64,000 nt of DNA from Eledone cirrhosa (lineage: Eukaryota). The notes beneath the pieces are model-generated. The model was not told the DNA's origin. It searched no databases and saw nothing but the letters and a program-made list of their open reading frames with translations. The DNA lies in assembly GCA_964016885.1 (NCBI GenBank), contig OZ024759.1, positions 31,806,001-31,870,000 of the forward strand. Direction: 5' to 3'. Shown here piece after piece: positions 13,865 to 27,590 of this stretch. Position 1 is the stretch's first letter; every line of letters begins with the position of its first letter. The position numbers were made by a program, and so were the translations under genes.

Positions 13865-14330
13865 TTAGGGAAAGTCCTTTGTTATATTCAGGTGTTGCGT
13901 GCTGTGTGCAAGCAGTGCATTGTTGCACGACAATTAGACACACATGATTCACAAAAACTGGAGAGAAAAGAATCTAGCATGTTCTGCTGGATGTGTGATG
14001 TGAGCGTGTGTGAGCAACGAAGCATGGATTATCTGAGAGAGAGAGAGAGAGATGGAGAAAGTCGATTATATCGACTCTAGTAGATAACTGGTACTTTATT
14101 TTATCGACCCTCAGAGAGATAAGAGGAATCAGATATTGACAGCAGGAGAGAGGACAGTGATGGTACAGACATGCGCTGTGTATTGGTGAAGACCGTTGGG
14201 TAAAGAAGTGCCATGACTCTAAGAGTTTCCAGTGAAAGGAAGCCACAGTAGAGGAAGACAGAGAAAGACTTGATCAGAGATGGTTAAAGCTGATCTGAAG
14301 AAACCGAAGCTGACACAAGAGGTGTCCACA
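13865..14330 (+). mobile_element. Decayed RTE LINE fragment interrupted by a SINE piece
   Basis: Similar to 3735-4030; SINE core fragment ~14060-14110. Confidence 0.65.
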
Positions 14331-14469
14331 GGGAAAGAATCAAATGTGCTGACTTAACCCATTCATTACCACATGTTTCAAATGAAAGACACTGCTTATA
14401 ATTTTTGAATCAGTTGGAGAATGATTGAGAATTTGGAGGGATTTAGTAATACAACTAACTTTCTCATCA

Positions 14470-14640
14470 GTAGAAGGTCGGACACCATGCTTTTCAACAT
14501 AGAGTTACGGCCCTTTATGATCTGAGTTCAAATCCCGCCGAGGTTAACTTTGCCTTTCATCCTTACGGGGTCAATAAAATAAAGTACCTGTTATGCACTG
14601 GGATAATTGCTGGCCTTGTGCCAAAAGTAGAAACAATTAT
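14470..14640 (+). mobile_element. tRNA-derived SINE with Meta-like domain
   Basis: GAGTTCAAATCCCGCCGAGGTTAACTTTGCCTTTCATCC. Confidence 0.8.
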
Positions 14641-14927
14641 TAAGCTGGTATTTGGAATATAACTTAACAGAGGTTCTTACATAAAATCATGGTGGAAGGT
14701 TTTTAAATAAATATAAACACTTTAACCCAAGATTTCAACTGCTGGGTGGGAGATAGGCAACTGAACAGAAAAAGGTGGATTATTGGAAATTTTGATGGAC
14801 AATGTAGGATTTGGAAAATTAAGAAGTTATTTCAACATATGCTACCTGAAAAAATATTCAATATAGATATGCAAAGAACCTGTATCAGAAAAAAAACAGG
14901 AAGCTAAATGGGAATAAGGAACCAGTA

Positions 14928-15320
14928 ATAATAATGAAATTATTGTGTACAGTGCTCAGGTGCACTACAACTCATCAAAGGTGCATGTATAGTACATAGA
15001 ATAATGTACAAATGTCAGGAAAATGAACAGTGTATGAGTTATGAAATACATGTGTGCGTGTGTATGGAGCGGGGACATCAGGTGTAGTGTTGGTGAATCT
15101 CAGGAAGCATGGATGTTTTAAAGGATGCAGTGTCCCAGCAGCTAACAACTGATGCAGGTAGTTTGTTCCATGCTTCAGCAACTCTGAGCATGAAAAAATG
15201 TTTCCGAAAGTCATGGGAGCTGTGCTGTTTTCTGACTTTGTAGGCATGTCCACGGGTGTTAGACACATGGAAATCAAAAAGGTGCTCAGGGCTGTTGTTG
15301 GCAAGATGTTACCAAACATT
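14928..15320 (-). mobile_element. CR1-clade LINE 3' end
   Basis: TRGHAYKV..RKHFF..RVAEAWNKLPASVV, hallmark CR1 ORF2 C-terminus. Confidence 0.85.
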
Positions 15321-15513
15321 TTTGGTATACTTTTGAATATTTACTATACAGGTGGGCAGTGGAAAATGTTTCCATGTGAAAGTGAGCGATGACACAAGAA
15401 AGGTTGGAAATCCTTGCTTTAACCCTTTCATTGCTGTATTTCTCATGAAAGAGATTCCCTATAATTCACAAATAATTTTGAAAATAATCAAGAATTTGGA
15501 AGGATTTAATAAT

Positions 15514-15692
15514 TGTTTCTACTTTAGGCACAAGGCCAGCAATTACCCAGTGTATTACTGGTACTTTATTTTATCGACCCCGTAAGGATGAAAGGCAAAG
15601 TTAACCTCGACCTTTCATCCTTACGGGGTCGATAAAATAAAGTACCAGTAATACACTGGGTAATTGCTGGCCTTGTGCCTAACGTAGAAACA
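15514..15692. repeat. Fold-back SINE insertion (~82-bp arms, 15-nt spacer)
   Basis: One mismatch between arms; flanked by direct repeat AAGGATTTAATAAT. Confidence 0.85.
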
Positions 15693-15707
15693 CAAGGATT
15701 TAATAAT

Positions 15708-15925
15708 AATTTCTAGTATAGGCACAAAGCCAGCAATTTTGGAGGAGGGGAAGTCGATTAAATCGACCCCAGTACATTACTGGTGCTTTATTTAACCAAC
15801 CCCATAAGGATGAAAGGCAAAGTTAACCTCGGTGGGATTTGAACTCAGATCGTAAAGGACCATAACTCTATGCAGCAAAGCCTGGCATCCAACCTGCTAC
15901 CGATACTGCCAATCCACCGCCCTAT
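15708..15925 (-). mobile_element. Full-length tRNA-derived Meta-like SINE
   Basis: A box TGGCAGTATCGG, B box GAGTTCAAATCC, core and tail. Confidence 0.85.
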
Positions 15926-16044
15926 TTAAGGATTTAATAGTACAACTGACGTGCTCATTATTAAGCTGGTGTTCGGAACATAACTTAACAAATGTTTTCA
16001 CATAAAATTATAATAGGTTTTTAGATAAATATAAACCCTTTCAA

Positions 16045-16303
16045 CCCTTTTGTTACCATATTTCTAATGAAAGACACTGTGTATGATTTTCAAATAATTT
16101 TGAAAATAATTTGGATGGATTTAGTAATACAACTAACTTTCTCATTACCAAGTTGGTGTTTGGAACATAACATAACAAAGGTTCTAACATAAAATTATGA
16201 TGGAAGGATTTTAGATAAATATAAACACTTCAAAGCAAACAGATTTGTATCAAAGAACCTGGGATGGGGAGTAGGGTTTCACTTGGTTAGGTTATCAAAA
16301 GGG
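16045..16303. mobile_element. piggyBac-like MITE, family 2
   Basis: Ends CCCTTTTG...CAAAAGGG-TTAA; related pieces at ~2780-2960, 14355-14730, 15420-16040. Confidence 0.6.
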
Positions 16304-16426
16304 TTAAGCTGGAGCTTTGATCTTAAAGATTCCTACATAAAATTATGATGGAAGGTTTTTCAAAATAAATATAAACATTTTAAATTACACACACACACAC
16401 ACATATATAGACACACACATATATAG

Positions 16427-16479
<53 letters not shown>

Positions 16480-16480
16480 G

Positions 16481-16514
<34 letters not shown>

Positions 16515-16564
16515 TTATATATAGACACACACACACACACACACACATATATATTCATTTTTAT

Positions 16565-16890
16565 TTCATTTTACGTCCGCTTCTCCCTGCTTGCAAGGGT
16601 GGGACGGGAACTGATTCTGGCTTGATTTCTACAGCTGGATGTCCTTCCTAACACCAACCTCATTTACAGTGAGTGCTGGGTGCTTTTTTGCCGTGGCACC
16701 TCCACGACCACTTTGCAGTGGAATGATAGGGACCCCAGTCCCTATCATCTCATTTCTACAGCTGAGTAAACTGGAGCAATGTGAAATAAAGTGTCTTGCT
16801 CAAGGAAACAACACATCACCCGGTCTGAGAATTGAACTCACAACCTTTCGATTGCAAGGCCAATACTCTAACCACTAAGCCATGTGCCTC
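16565..16890 (-). mobile_element. Full-length tRNA/CORE-like SINE with RTE tail
   Basis: Head TGGCTTAGTGG..GAGTTCAATTC, CCTTGAGCAAGACACTT domain, tail shared with RTE 4080-4125. Confidence 0.8.
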
Positions 16891-17459
16891 CATATACATA
16901 TACATATATACATATATATATCATCATCATTGTTTAACGTCTATCTTCCACGATATATACATATATATATAAATATACATATATACACATATATCCACAC
17001 ATATATATACACACACACGCACACATATATATATATTTGCATATGTGTCTGTATTTTTGGAATGAAATTCAGCAGAGAGTCTGTTGAATTACTGACACAC
17101 ACACAACCACTCATGTATTTGTGGAATGGAATGGAATCCAACAGTGTGTGTATATGTGGTGTGTGTATGTGTGCGTGTGCGTGTATGTTGTGTGTGTATT
17201 AGTCATTGGCTCAATGACAGTAAATATTGTGTCATTGTGACACAGTGACATCTCGAGTACCATGGCAGCAACAATTGGTAACACACACATACACACACAC
17301 ATACATACATAAACGTAGTTATTTATACATGCATACATGCACTTAAATACACACAGACACACATATTTACTTGCATGTAGACACATAGGCAGCAAATTAG
17401 CGCAGTAGTCAGAACTTTGGAGAGAATACCTTAATAGTATTTATTTCAGTTCTCTGCTT

Positions 17460-17935
17460 CATCATCATCATCATCACCGTTTTACGTCCGTTCTTCCACG
17501 CTAGCATGGGTTAGACGGGTTGTCCTGTTGTGGGCAGTGTCTGGTCGGCTGACCATGCCTTGCTCATACAGGAACTAATTTTGGCTTGATTTCTACAGCT
17601 GGATGCCCTTCCTAACACCAACCTCATTTACAGTGAGTGCTGGGTGCTTTTTCGTGGCGCCTACACGTCCACTTTACAGTGTGGGCTGGGTGCTTTTTGC
17701 CGTGGCACCTCCACGACCACCTTGCGGTGGGAGGGGGTGGAGGCATATTGTCTATATGCTTCAGCTTGTACACCATGGGAGGTCGGGTACTCTGTATTAC
17801 TGCGTGACGCCAGAGGTCACGGTCGTGTGTCATTGCCTTTGAGAGGTGTAGTTGGGTAAGGTCGGCTTTTATCACCTCATCCCAGGTCATCTTGGGTCTC
17901 CCCACTCCGCGGTTTCTATCGACTTCTAGTGCTCT
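17460..17935 (-). mobile_element. SINE-tail repeat plus RTE 3' fragment
   Basis: GRPKMTWDEVIKADL..DRDLWR at ~17790-17930; GGATGCCCTTCC domain. Confidence 0.65.
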
Positions 17936-18299
17936 GCGTTCAAATCCCGCCGAGGTCAACTTAGCCTTTCATCCTTTCGAGGTTGATATAAAATGTACCA
18001 GTTGAGTACTGGGGTTGATTCTTCCTCTATATCTCTGTCTCATTTCCATTCCATACTCTGTTTTTATCTTTCTCTGGAAGAAATCTGCTGTACTCAGTCC
18101 TGGAGAGAGATGGGCTCCACCAGGTTTAAAAGGTCAATACAGCATCCCTACGACTCTGTCAGGAGTTACGGGACCTTACATACATATATACATACATACA
18201 TATATATATATACATATATACATATATGATGGCTGCCCCCTCGTTGTTGAGTATGGCCATTGCATGATATAACATTATCAATAATTATTAATAATTATA

Positions 18300-18492
18300 A
18301 GGGCGGTGGATTGGCAGTATCGGTAGAGGGTTGGATGCCATGCTTTGACGCATAGAGTTACGGCCCTTGCCATTCTGAGTTCAAATCCCGCCGAGGTTAA
18401 CTTTGCCTTTCATCCTTAGAAGGTCGATAAAATAAAGTACCAGTAATGCACTGGGTAATTGCTGGCCTTGTGCCAAAAGTAGAAACAATTAT
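18300..18492 (+). mobile_element. Full-length tRNA-derived Meta-like SINE
   Basis: A/B boxes, core, AT-rich TSD-like AATTATTAATAATTAT flanks. Confidence 0.88.
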
Positions 18493-18749
18493 TAATAATT
18501 ATTAATTAATGGTATCGTGCAATGCCTGTGCGTGAAGATTTTTTTTAAAGTGAGAAAAGACTGTGCACTGAGCCAATCCCACTCTCTGAGCAACAGTAGC
18601 TATAACCCGAAAAGAAGAAATTATCAACATCATCGGTAACTACTGAACCATAGGTTTTATATCGGAGTTATCCCAGTTTCCTGAGTTGCCTTCTACATAC
18701 ATACATACATATCATATCATATCATATCATATCATGTCATGTCATGTAG

Positions 18750-19110
18750 TCAGCAAAAGTGCTTAATGTCCAGGAAACCAGAGATAAGCGCCGGCCCTGA
18801 TGAGCCTTCGGCTTAGAGTAAGTACCAGAAGTAGCTGGAGAGTTAATTCTGTGATAGGCCAGTGACTTGTTCAGGGAGAGCCTTGCACTCTCAGTCGCTT
18901 AATGCCAAGGAAACCGGAGATAAGCACCGGCGTTGATGAGCCTTCGGTTTAGAATGTGTACCAGCAGTTGCTGGAGAGTTAATCCTGTGATGTACAGGCG
19001 TCCTACCCAGGGAGAATCTTGTACTCTCAGTCACTTAACACCAAGGGAACTGGGGATAAGCACCGGCCTAATGAACTTCCAAGCTTGCGACAGACTTGAA
19101 TTAACTCTAA
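18750..19110 (+). repeat. Three diverged tandem ~135-bp units of a SINE-like 3' region
   Basis: GGAAACCGGAGATAAGC(G/A)CCGGC repeated at ~18773, 18909, 19046. Confidence 0.6.
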
Positions 19111-20138
19111 CTATACTTTTCTAAGTCAAGAGAAAAAGAAACCAAGAAAGGGCACTTTCAATGCTCTTAACACGACAAAGTAATCCAGTTTTAAAGAATT
19201 TTGTGTGGAGTTCTCTCTGGAATTACCCCAAAAGGGCCATCTCAGCTTATTTGGGGAGTTCTTCCTTGTTGACAGATTCTTGTTATTTCATATTGTTGTT
19301 ATTGGATTGAAAAACATTGGTAGAGTATCAGACAAGATGTTTTGTAACTTAGAGTTAAGTCTTTATGTTCCAAGGTCAACTTTGCCTTTCATTCTTCTGA
19401 GTGTCAATAAAATAAAGTACCAGTTATATACTAGAGTCGATATAATTGACTTTCTCCCTCTCTTCAAATTTCTGGCTTTGTTCCCATGCTAGAATCATTA
19501 TTTTTTAACCAGTAAATTTATTAATATAATTAGTAAATTGTTAGCTAGTTAAACCTTTAATAATTAATTAGCTGAAAGATGGTGTGTTTAAGAGTGGGAA
19601 GGAGAGAGAAAGCGTGAGGCAGTGCATGTATATAACTGTGTATGTATATGTTTAGATGTGTATGTGTATGTATGTACCTATGGGTACTTATGTATGAGTG
19701 TATGTGTATGTATCTGGATATATGTCTTTACATGTATATATATATATGTACATGTATGTACCTGTGTATTTGTGTCTTTGTGTGTGTGTATATGTACCTG
19801 TGTATGTACACACATATATGTACGTGTGTGTATATATATATGTGTATGTTTGTATATAAGGGTGAGTTAATATTTTAATAATTAGATTACTATATATATA
19901 TATTTAAGTGTGAGGTGGAGAGGGTGGTGGAGGGTGGAGTAGGTGTGTGAGTGTTTGGGTGCAAGTTAATTTTTGATTAATCAAATTAATTTATATATTA
20001 AGTACAAGGGATAATTAGTGTGTGTGTGAATGAGAGAGAGAGAGAGAGAGATAGATAGATAGAGAGGTATATAGAGGGACAAAGAGAATAAGAGAAGGCT
20101 TGAGAGAGAGAGAGAGAGAGTGCCACTCACTCAGACAT

Positions 20139-20177
<39 letters not shown>

Positions 20178-20584
20178 TACACACACTCAGACACACACAA
20201 ACAAACACGTACACACACACACACACTCTCTGACAGACAGCCAGGCACACCCTCACACACACACACACACTCTGACAGACAGCCAGACACACCCTCACAC
20301 ACAAACACACACTCTGACAGACCGACAGGCACACCTTCACACATAAACAGACAGACAGACACACACACACTCTGACAGACCGACAGGCACACCTTCACAC
20401 ACAAACAGACAGACATACACACACTCTGACAGACACACCCACAATTATGAAAGGGAAGGAGGAAAGTTTGAAATAAACTTCTCTATAATTTGTCAGGCTC
20501 CAGTAAACTCCACTTTAACTTTCCTTTCTCTTCTATTTCCTTTCTCTTTCCTTTCCCATTTCTTTCCTTTCTTTCTCTGTTTAA

Positions 20585-20807
20585 CCCTTTAGCATTTACA
20601 TTACTCTATATATACTATTGTATTTTTGTAGTAAATGCTTTATCTTACATAATTATCTCACATAATATCGAATCTATGAGATTTTGATGTTATTTATTTT
20701 GAGGACAATACCTTAACATCAGTATGAGAAGTCAGTCATGGGGCCAGTTTAGACAGAAAAAGGTGAGAGAATTCTGGCCGGATATGGCTAGTTTAAATGC
20801 TAAAGGG
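20585..20807. mobile_element. piggyBac-like MITE, family 1
   Basis: TTAA-CCCTTTAGCATTTA...TAAATGCTAAAGGG, 14-bp perfect TIR. Confidence 0.75.
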
Positions 20808-21459
20808 TGAATATTTCTCTTTCTTTTTTACTGATGAATTGTAAATTTCTTTCTTTTTTTTTTCATTTTTAAATAAAATAAAACTCCTTTATTTAATTAC
20901 CACAATCCTGCCCCCTCCTCCCAAAAAGGGCGTGAAAGAACCTGTTGGGGCTATTTGTTAACTGAAGATATTAAGTGATCAGTTTAAGGACTTCATTTCG
21001 TAATCATTAGCCGCCCCCTCTTCCCAAAGTTTCAATTCCAGTGTGTAGTACCTTGGTCCAAGTTTTATTTACCAGAGTCTTGCTATGAATGTTTTAAACT
21101 GTGATCATGTCACAGATATCTCAGTGGGGGGGATATATTTTTATTGCATTAAATGATGTTGAATATCTGATACCATCTTTCTTCCTTTTCTTAATATTGA
21201 TACTCCATATATGTAATATCCTGTGGCATTCATGATGTTGAGTGCTTTCATCTGATTACACCAACATTGGTCGATTGATTGGATCGACCAACGCTGATTA
21301 TCATTGGTTTGGCAGTATCGGAAGAGCGTTAGAAAGCATGCTTTGCAGCATAGAGTTATTGCCCATCACAAAATGTGTAATATGTGTAATGGCGCTGTTG
21401 TAGCTGGTTATACATAACCCATTGTACTTCGGCAAACCGTTGTGTCCTCGAGCAATATA

Positions 21460-21787
21460 TCATCATCATCATTTTATGTTCACTTTTCCCTGCTTGCAAG
21501 GGTGGGACGGGAACTGATTCTGGCTTGATTTCTACAGCTGGATGCCCTTCCTAACACCAACCTCATTTACAGTGAGTTCTGGGTGCTTTTTTTCCATGGC
21601 ACCTACACGTCCACTTTACAGTGGAATGATAGGGACCCCAGTCCCTATCATCTCATTTCTACAGCTGAGTAAACTGGAGCAATGTGAAATAAAGTGTCTT
21701 GCGCAAGGAAACAACACATCACCCGGTCTGAGAATTGAACTCACAACCTTTCGATTGCAAGGCCTAACCACTAAGCCATGTGCCTCC
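21460..21787 (-). mobile_element. Full-length tRNA/CORE-like SINE with RTE tail
   Basis: Near-identical to 16565-16890; inverted partial copy at 21846-21957. Confidence 0.8.
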
Positions 21788-21847
<60 letters not shown>

Positions 21848-21959
21848 AATGAGGTTGGTGTTAGGAAGGGCATCCAGCTGTAGAAATCAAGCTAGAATCA
21901 GTTCCTGTCCCACCCTTGCAAGCAGGGAAAAGTGAACATAAAATGATAATGATGATGAT

Positions 21960-22146
21960 AAATTATCCCGGGTTCAATCGGGGGGTAACCACAGTAAGTA
22001 AGGTACTCAATACAAAACAGAGTATAAATGTTTAATATAGAAAAGCTTCTACAGAACTAGAACTGTTTCATTCGTGAGAAATAATGATGCTTTCTCACGA
22101 ATGAAACAGTTCTAGTCCTGTAGAAGCCATTTCTATATTAAACATT
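21960..22146 (-). mobile_element. PLE-like fold-back element, family A (HHR cores broken at junction)
   Basis: Inverted arms ~22027-22081 / 22091-22146; homologous to 30700-31005. Confidence 0.7.
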
Positions 22147-22329
22147 ATATATATATACCTATATATACTTTATTTTCTTTGCTATTTTCCTTTTGTGTTA
22201 TTCCTGATGAAGGCAAATGCCCATTCATTGACTATGTAACTCATTCTTCTTTCTACAAGCGCGAAACTAATAAACTTCATGTTATTGCATCCTCTTGTTT
22301 GACTTATATATATATATATATATATATGG

Positions 22330-22940
22330 TGGCTGCCAACTCGTTTTCGAGTATGGCCACTACTTTATATCCATGTAGGAGAACCCCTACCGATGGGCTG
22401 AACGAGTGTTGACTTTTTAGTCCAGCCAGCGACTTGAAAACTCTGGTACAAACACTACACCTGTGACAATTATTGACACACAGCACTGGGCCCATGGTAC
22501 CACGTGACGACAAGTGCAGAGAGATCTCCAGATATAAAGCAATGCTTGTGCCGTGAAGCTTTTATTGTGAGCAAAGGCACTGCACAAAGCCAGTCCCACT
22601 CTCTTAACCAAGATGATATTTACCAAAAAGAAGAACAAGTCAACATCATTGGATACCATCAGGGTTGCAGATGTTATATCAGAGTTTTCCTTCTCCTAGA
22701 ATTCTGCCTTGACAAAGGCTAAGGGGTCATCTCTTCCGGTGATTTTGGATGGCCATTGACTCTTAAGAGCTCCTTTGTCCTTTGACAGGTTTTATTTTTA
22801 GTCCTGCAGGATGTCCAAAGTCACCCTCCTCACCAAGAAACCTTGGTGGGGTTGCCAGTTTAGTCGCCAACGACCTGACCATGGGACAGGTTGTACTGGG
22901 ATACATGTTACCAGTAGCACCAACTGGTGACCTGATTTGT
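22330..22940 (-). mobile_element. Decayed interspersed repeat, probably LINE 5' region
   Basis: Homologous to ~60020-60475 and ~18510-18700. Confidence 0.5.
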
Positions 22941-23564
22941 GTGTGTATGTGTATATATACATATACACATACACACACAAATCCACTTCATATATTATTT
23001 GAGCATGTGTGTGTGTGTGTGTGTGTGTGTCCCCCCCCCGAGTATAGAACTGATGATGATGATGTTGGTGCTGTTGATGGCGGCGGTGGTGTTGGTGATG
23101 TTGGGAATTCTCATGTTTTTATAAGTGGTGGAGGTGGAGGTGATGGTGATTAGGTATCTCTGGTATCATCAGTAGTAAGGCGGGAGGAGGGAGGGGGGGG
23201 ATGCAGCAAAGAGAAGGAGATAAGAAGGGGGCGGGGCAAGGGAGATAAGGAGCGGTGTTGCTGGTGGCGGCGGCAGCGGTGGTGGTGGTGGTGAGGCACT
23301 AGAAGAGATGAAAGCCAGTAAAAAGAACAAGCTAAAAGGCTTGAAAGATGGAATGGAGGGGCTACAGACACACACAGACACACACAGACAGACAGACACA
23401 CACACTGACACACAGACACACACAGACAGACAGATAGACATACAGACACACACACTGATAAACAGACAGACAGACAGATAGAAATGGCTGATGAATGATA
23501 GGGATGAGTGAGAAGTGTGACGGGTGGAGTGGGTGATGAAGGGGTAGGGGCTATAACAGTGGTG

Positions 23565-23960
23565 GTGGTGGGGCTAGCAGTGGTGGTGGTGTTGGTGTTT
23601 GAGATGGTGGTGGTGGTGTTGGTGTTTGAGATGGTGGTGGTGGTGGTGGTGGTAGTGTTGGTGTTTGAGATGGTGGTGGTGGTGGTGTTTGAGATGATGG
23701 TGGTGGTGGTGGTGGTGGTGTTTGAGATGGTGGTGGTGATGTTGGTGTTTGAGATGGTGGTGGTGATGATGTTTGAGATGATGGTGGTAGTGTTGGTGTT
23801 TGAGGTGGTGGTGGTGGTGGTGGTAGTGTTGGTGTTTGAGATGGTGGTGGTGTTTGAGATGGTGGTGGTGGTGATGATGTTTGAGATGATGGTGTTTGAG
23901 GTGGTGGTGATGGTGTTTGAGATGATGGTGGTGGTGGTGGTGGTGTTTGAGATGGTGGTG
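23565..23960. repeat. GGTGTTTGAGAT(GGT)n minisatellite
   Basis: Tandem iterations. Confidence 0.85.
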
Positions 23961-24566
23961 ACGAGGGAGGGGGGGTGAGACTTAGAGAAGATAATGGGTG
24001 TTGTAGGAGTGTTGATGGGGTAGAAATGATAACGGTGGTGGGGGTGGGTGGGGAAGGGGCCCGGCCTTGTGGGGTGGAGGTGGGGGTTATGGGGGTGGGT
24101 GGGTGGGGAAGGGGGCAGTTAACAAGATAAGAACAAGCTACAGTAATAATTAACGTGAAAGGGAGGATTAACGAGGGAAAGGGAAAGGCGGAAGTGTGTG
24201 TGTGTATATATATATATGTATGTATATATGTGCGTGTATATATATGTGTGTGTGTGTATATATATATATGTGTGTGTGTGTGTGCTTAGATATATATATG
24301 CGCGTGTATATATATATATGTCTGTATATATGTGAGTGTATATATATATATATCTGTGTTTATATATGTGTGTGTGTGTATGTGTAGATATATATGTGTA
24401 TGTATGTATATATATGTGTGTATATATATATGTGTGTGTATATATTTATGTATATATATGTGTGTGTGTGTAGATATATATATGTATATGTATGCATATA
24501 TGTGTGTGTATATGTGTGCATGTGTGTATATATATATATATATATATATGATGTGTGTCTATGTGC

Positions 24567-24628
<62 letters not shown>

Positions 24629-24639
24629 AAATATATATG

Positions 24640-24678
<39 letters not shown>

Positions 24679-24949
24679 CTGTATGTATGAGGAGAGGAGG
24701 AGGAGAATAAACAAAGGGGCTGCTCGACAGAGAACGGAAACGAGAGAAAGAGTGAGAGAGTATGAGGGGGGAGATAGAAAGGGTGAAGTGATCAATAGAG
24801 AGTGGTAGTGAGAGTGAGGGAGAGGGAGGAGAAGGAGGGGGATGAGGAAGAGGAGGAGGGGGGTCTGTAAGCGAGTGACGCGGCTGAATAATGGTTATTC
24901 CAGTCTAGCTGAGTCATACCTTGTTGTCTTGTCAGGCCAGTTCCGACTC

Positions 24950-26060
24950 ACCATTTCACCATCACCACCATTCCACTACCACCATCAGCACCACCATTCC
25001 ACTACCACCACCACCATTCCACTACCACCGCCACCACCATCACCATTGGTCTACTACCATCACCACCATTCCACTACCACCATCAGCACCACCATTCCAC
25101 TATCACCACCACCATTCCACTACCACCGCCACCACCATCACCATTGGTCTACTACCATCACCACCATTCCACTTCCACCACCACCATCACCATTGGACTA
25201 CTACCATCACCAGCATCACCAGCAGCACCATCATCACCATTGGACTACTACCACCACCACCACCACCAGTCCATTACTCCCACCACCACTATCATCATTC
25301 CAGTACACTACCATCTCCCGATCACCACCACCACCACCACCACCACCACGATAATCACACTACCTTTCCACTACTACCACCACCACGATAACCATCATCA
25401 CTATCACCACCATCATCATCATCACTATCACCACCACCACGATAACCATCATCACTATCACCACCATCACCACCACCACCACCACCACCATCACGATAAC
25501 CATCATCACTATCACCACCATCACCACCACCACCACCACCACCATCACGATAACCATCATCACTATCACCACCATCACCACCACCACCACCACCACCACC
25601 ACGATAACCATCATCACTATCACCACCATCACCACCACCACCACCACCACCATCACGATAACCATCATCACTATCACCACCATCACCACCACCACCACCA
25701 CCACCATCACGATAACCATCATCACTATCACCACCATCATCATCATCACTATCACCACCACCACGATAACCATCATCACTATCACCACCATCACTACTAC
25801 CATCATCATCATCACCATCACCACCACTCCCACCACTGCCATCATCATCACTATCACCACCACCACGATAACCATCATCACTATCACATCATCATCATCA
25901 CTATCACCACCACCACGATAACCATCATCACTATCACCACCATCATCATCATCACTATCACCACCACCACGATAACCATCATCACTATCACCACCATCAC
26001 CACCACTGCCATCATCACCACCACCACCACCACTCCCACCACAACCATCATCACCACAAC
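24950..26060. repeat. (CAC/CAT)n compound repeat with ~42-48-bp higher-order units
   Basis: GATAACCATCATCACTATCACCAC unit iterated. Confidence 0.85.
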
Positions 26061-26346
26061 CATCTCGGATCACCCAGACCACCATTACAAACCCCCCCCC
26101 CCCCCCCCCCCCAGTAATCCTCACATACATATCCATACGTCTTGTCATTCACTTAATATCTGTTTGTCTCTATACTTTTATATATTTATTTCATTTCACA
26201 AGCGGAAACACCGAAGTCTGAGGAACGAGGCTTCTGATAAACTATTAAACACATACAAATATATATATATAAACACACACATACAAATATATATATATAT
26301 ATATATATATACACTAATATATACGCATATACATATGTGTGTGTGC

Positions 26347-26400
<54 letters not shown>

Positions 26401-26982
26401 GTATATACACATATGTGTATATACATATACATACGCACACAAATATATATATATATATTGTATGCATATATGTACATACATACATATGTGTGTGTATATA
26501 TATATATATATACATGCACATATATAAACACACACATATATATATATACACAAATACATACACTTATGTATACATACACATGTATATACATACACACGCA
26601 CACATATATATATATATATATATAAACACACACACATATATATACACACACATACAACATTAGGGGAAAAGATTTGAAACAAAAATGTTTAAAAAATATA
26701 TAAAGGTATTTACATAAATGTTTTTTAACGCAATTTTTTTGCGGCCATTAAATATAAAAAAATTCAATATGGCGGCCATTTCAAAGGAATAACCTACTTG
26801 AAAGAGTTATTTTACACTGAAAATATTGAAAAATATTTTACAGTGTAATCTACTGCTTGAAATAAACAGTATGTTTAATCATTATGATTAGTTGATATAT
26901 ATATATATATATATGCACACATATACATACATATATATATATACATACACACATATATACATACATATACACATATATATAT

Positions 26983-27035
<53 letters not shown>

Positions 27036-27139
27036 CATATATATATGAAACTTTCCAGAAAAATATAATATATTTTAGTGATTAAGTTGATATTTTCGCT
27101 TTATTTAATGCTATATGTATATATTTAATATATACTTTA

Positions 27140-27170
<31 letters not shown>

Positions 27171-27397
27171 ATGATTTCTTTATGAACCACAATGGTTTAC
27201 GTAAAGGTGGGACAGCAATAAATAATAAAATCAGTTTATAAACTTCGGAGTTGCAAATTATTAAAGTCCAACTTTTGTACAATTTTTCAATTGATTATTC
27301 GATCAATTGAATGATAGCATATGTTATCTGTGGTTTCTAATAACTACCCATTTTCAACACCCCTTTATATATATATATATAGAGAGAGAGAAAGAGA

Positions 27398-27590
27398 AGG
27401 TGCGTGGCTGTTTGGTTAGAGACCTGGATTCGCAATCGTGAGGTTGTGAGTTTGATGTCCTGGACCAGGCGACACTTTATTTCATGTTGCTCCTTCTATC
27501 TGGAGTTGCGACCAATAGATAGTATTAGCAATCGGAAAGACCAACGGAGACATTGTTTCCTCGGTCCGATTTGACGAAAGTTATGCGCGG
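27398..27590 (+). mobile_element. tRNA/CORE-like SINE
   Basis: Related copies at 28340-28590, 59330-59550, 63961-64000. Confidence 0.75.

Noticed and set aside
18300-18395. tRNA genes at A/B-box sequences
   Set aside because: These are SINE heads without a cloverleaf, continuing into SINE cores
18770-18815. GGAAAC..CTGATGAGCCTTCGGC as a hammerhead
   Set aside because: No GAAA after the hairpin, and stems I/III do not pair in permuted topologies; it is a SINE-like tail
25144-26625. 493-aa His-rich ORF and the many YI/HT/CV/SL-repeat ORFs
   Set aside because: Stop-free translations of microsatellites; no domain content or splice context
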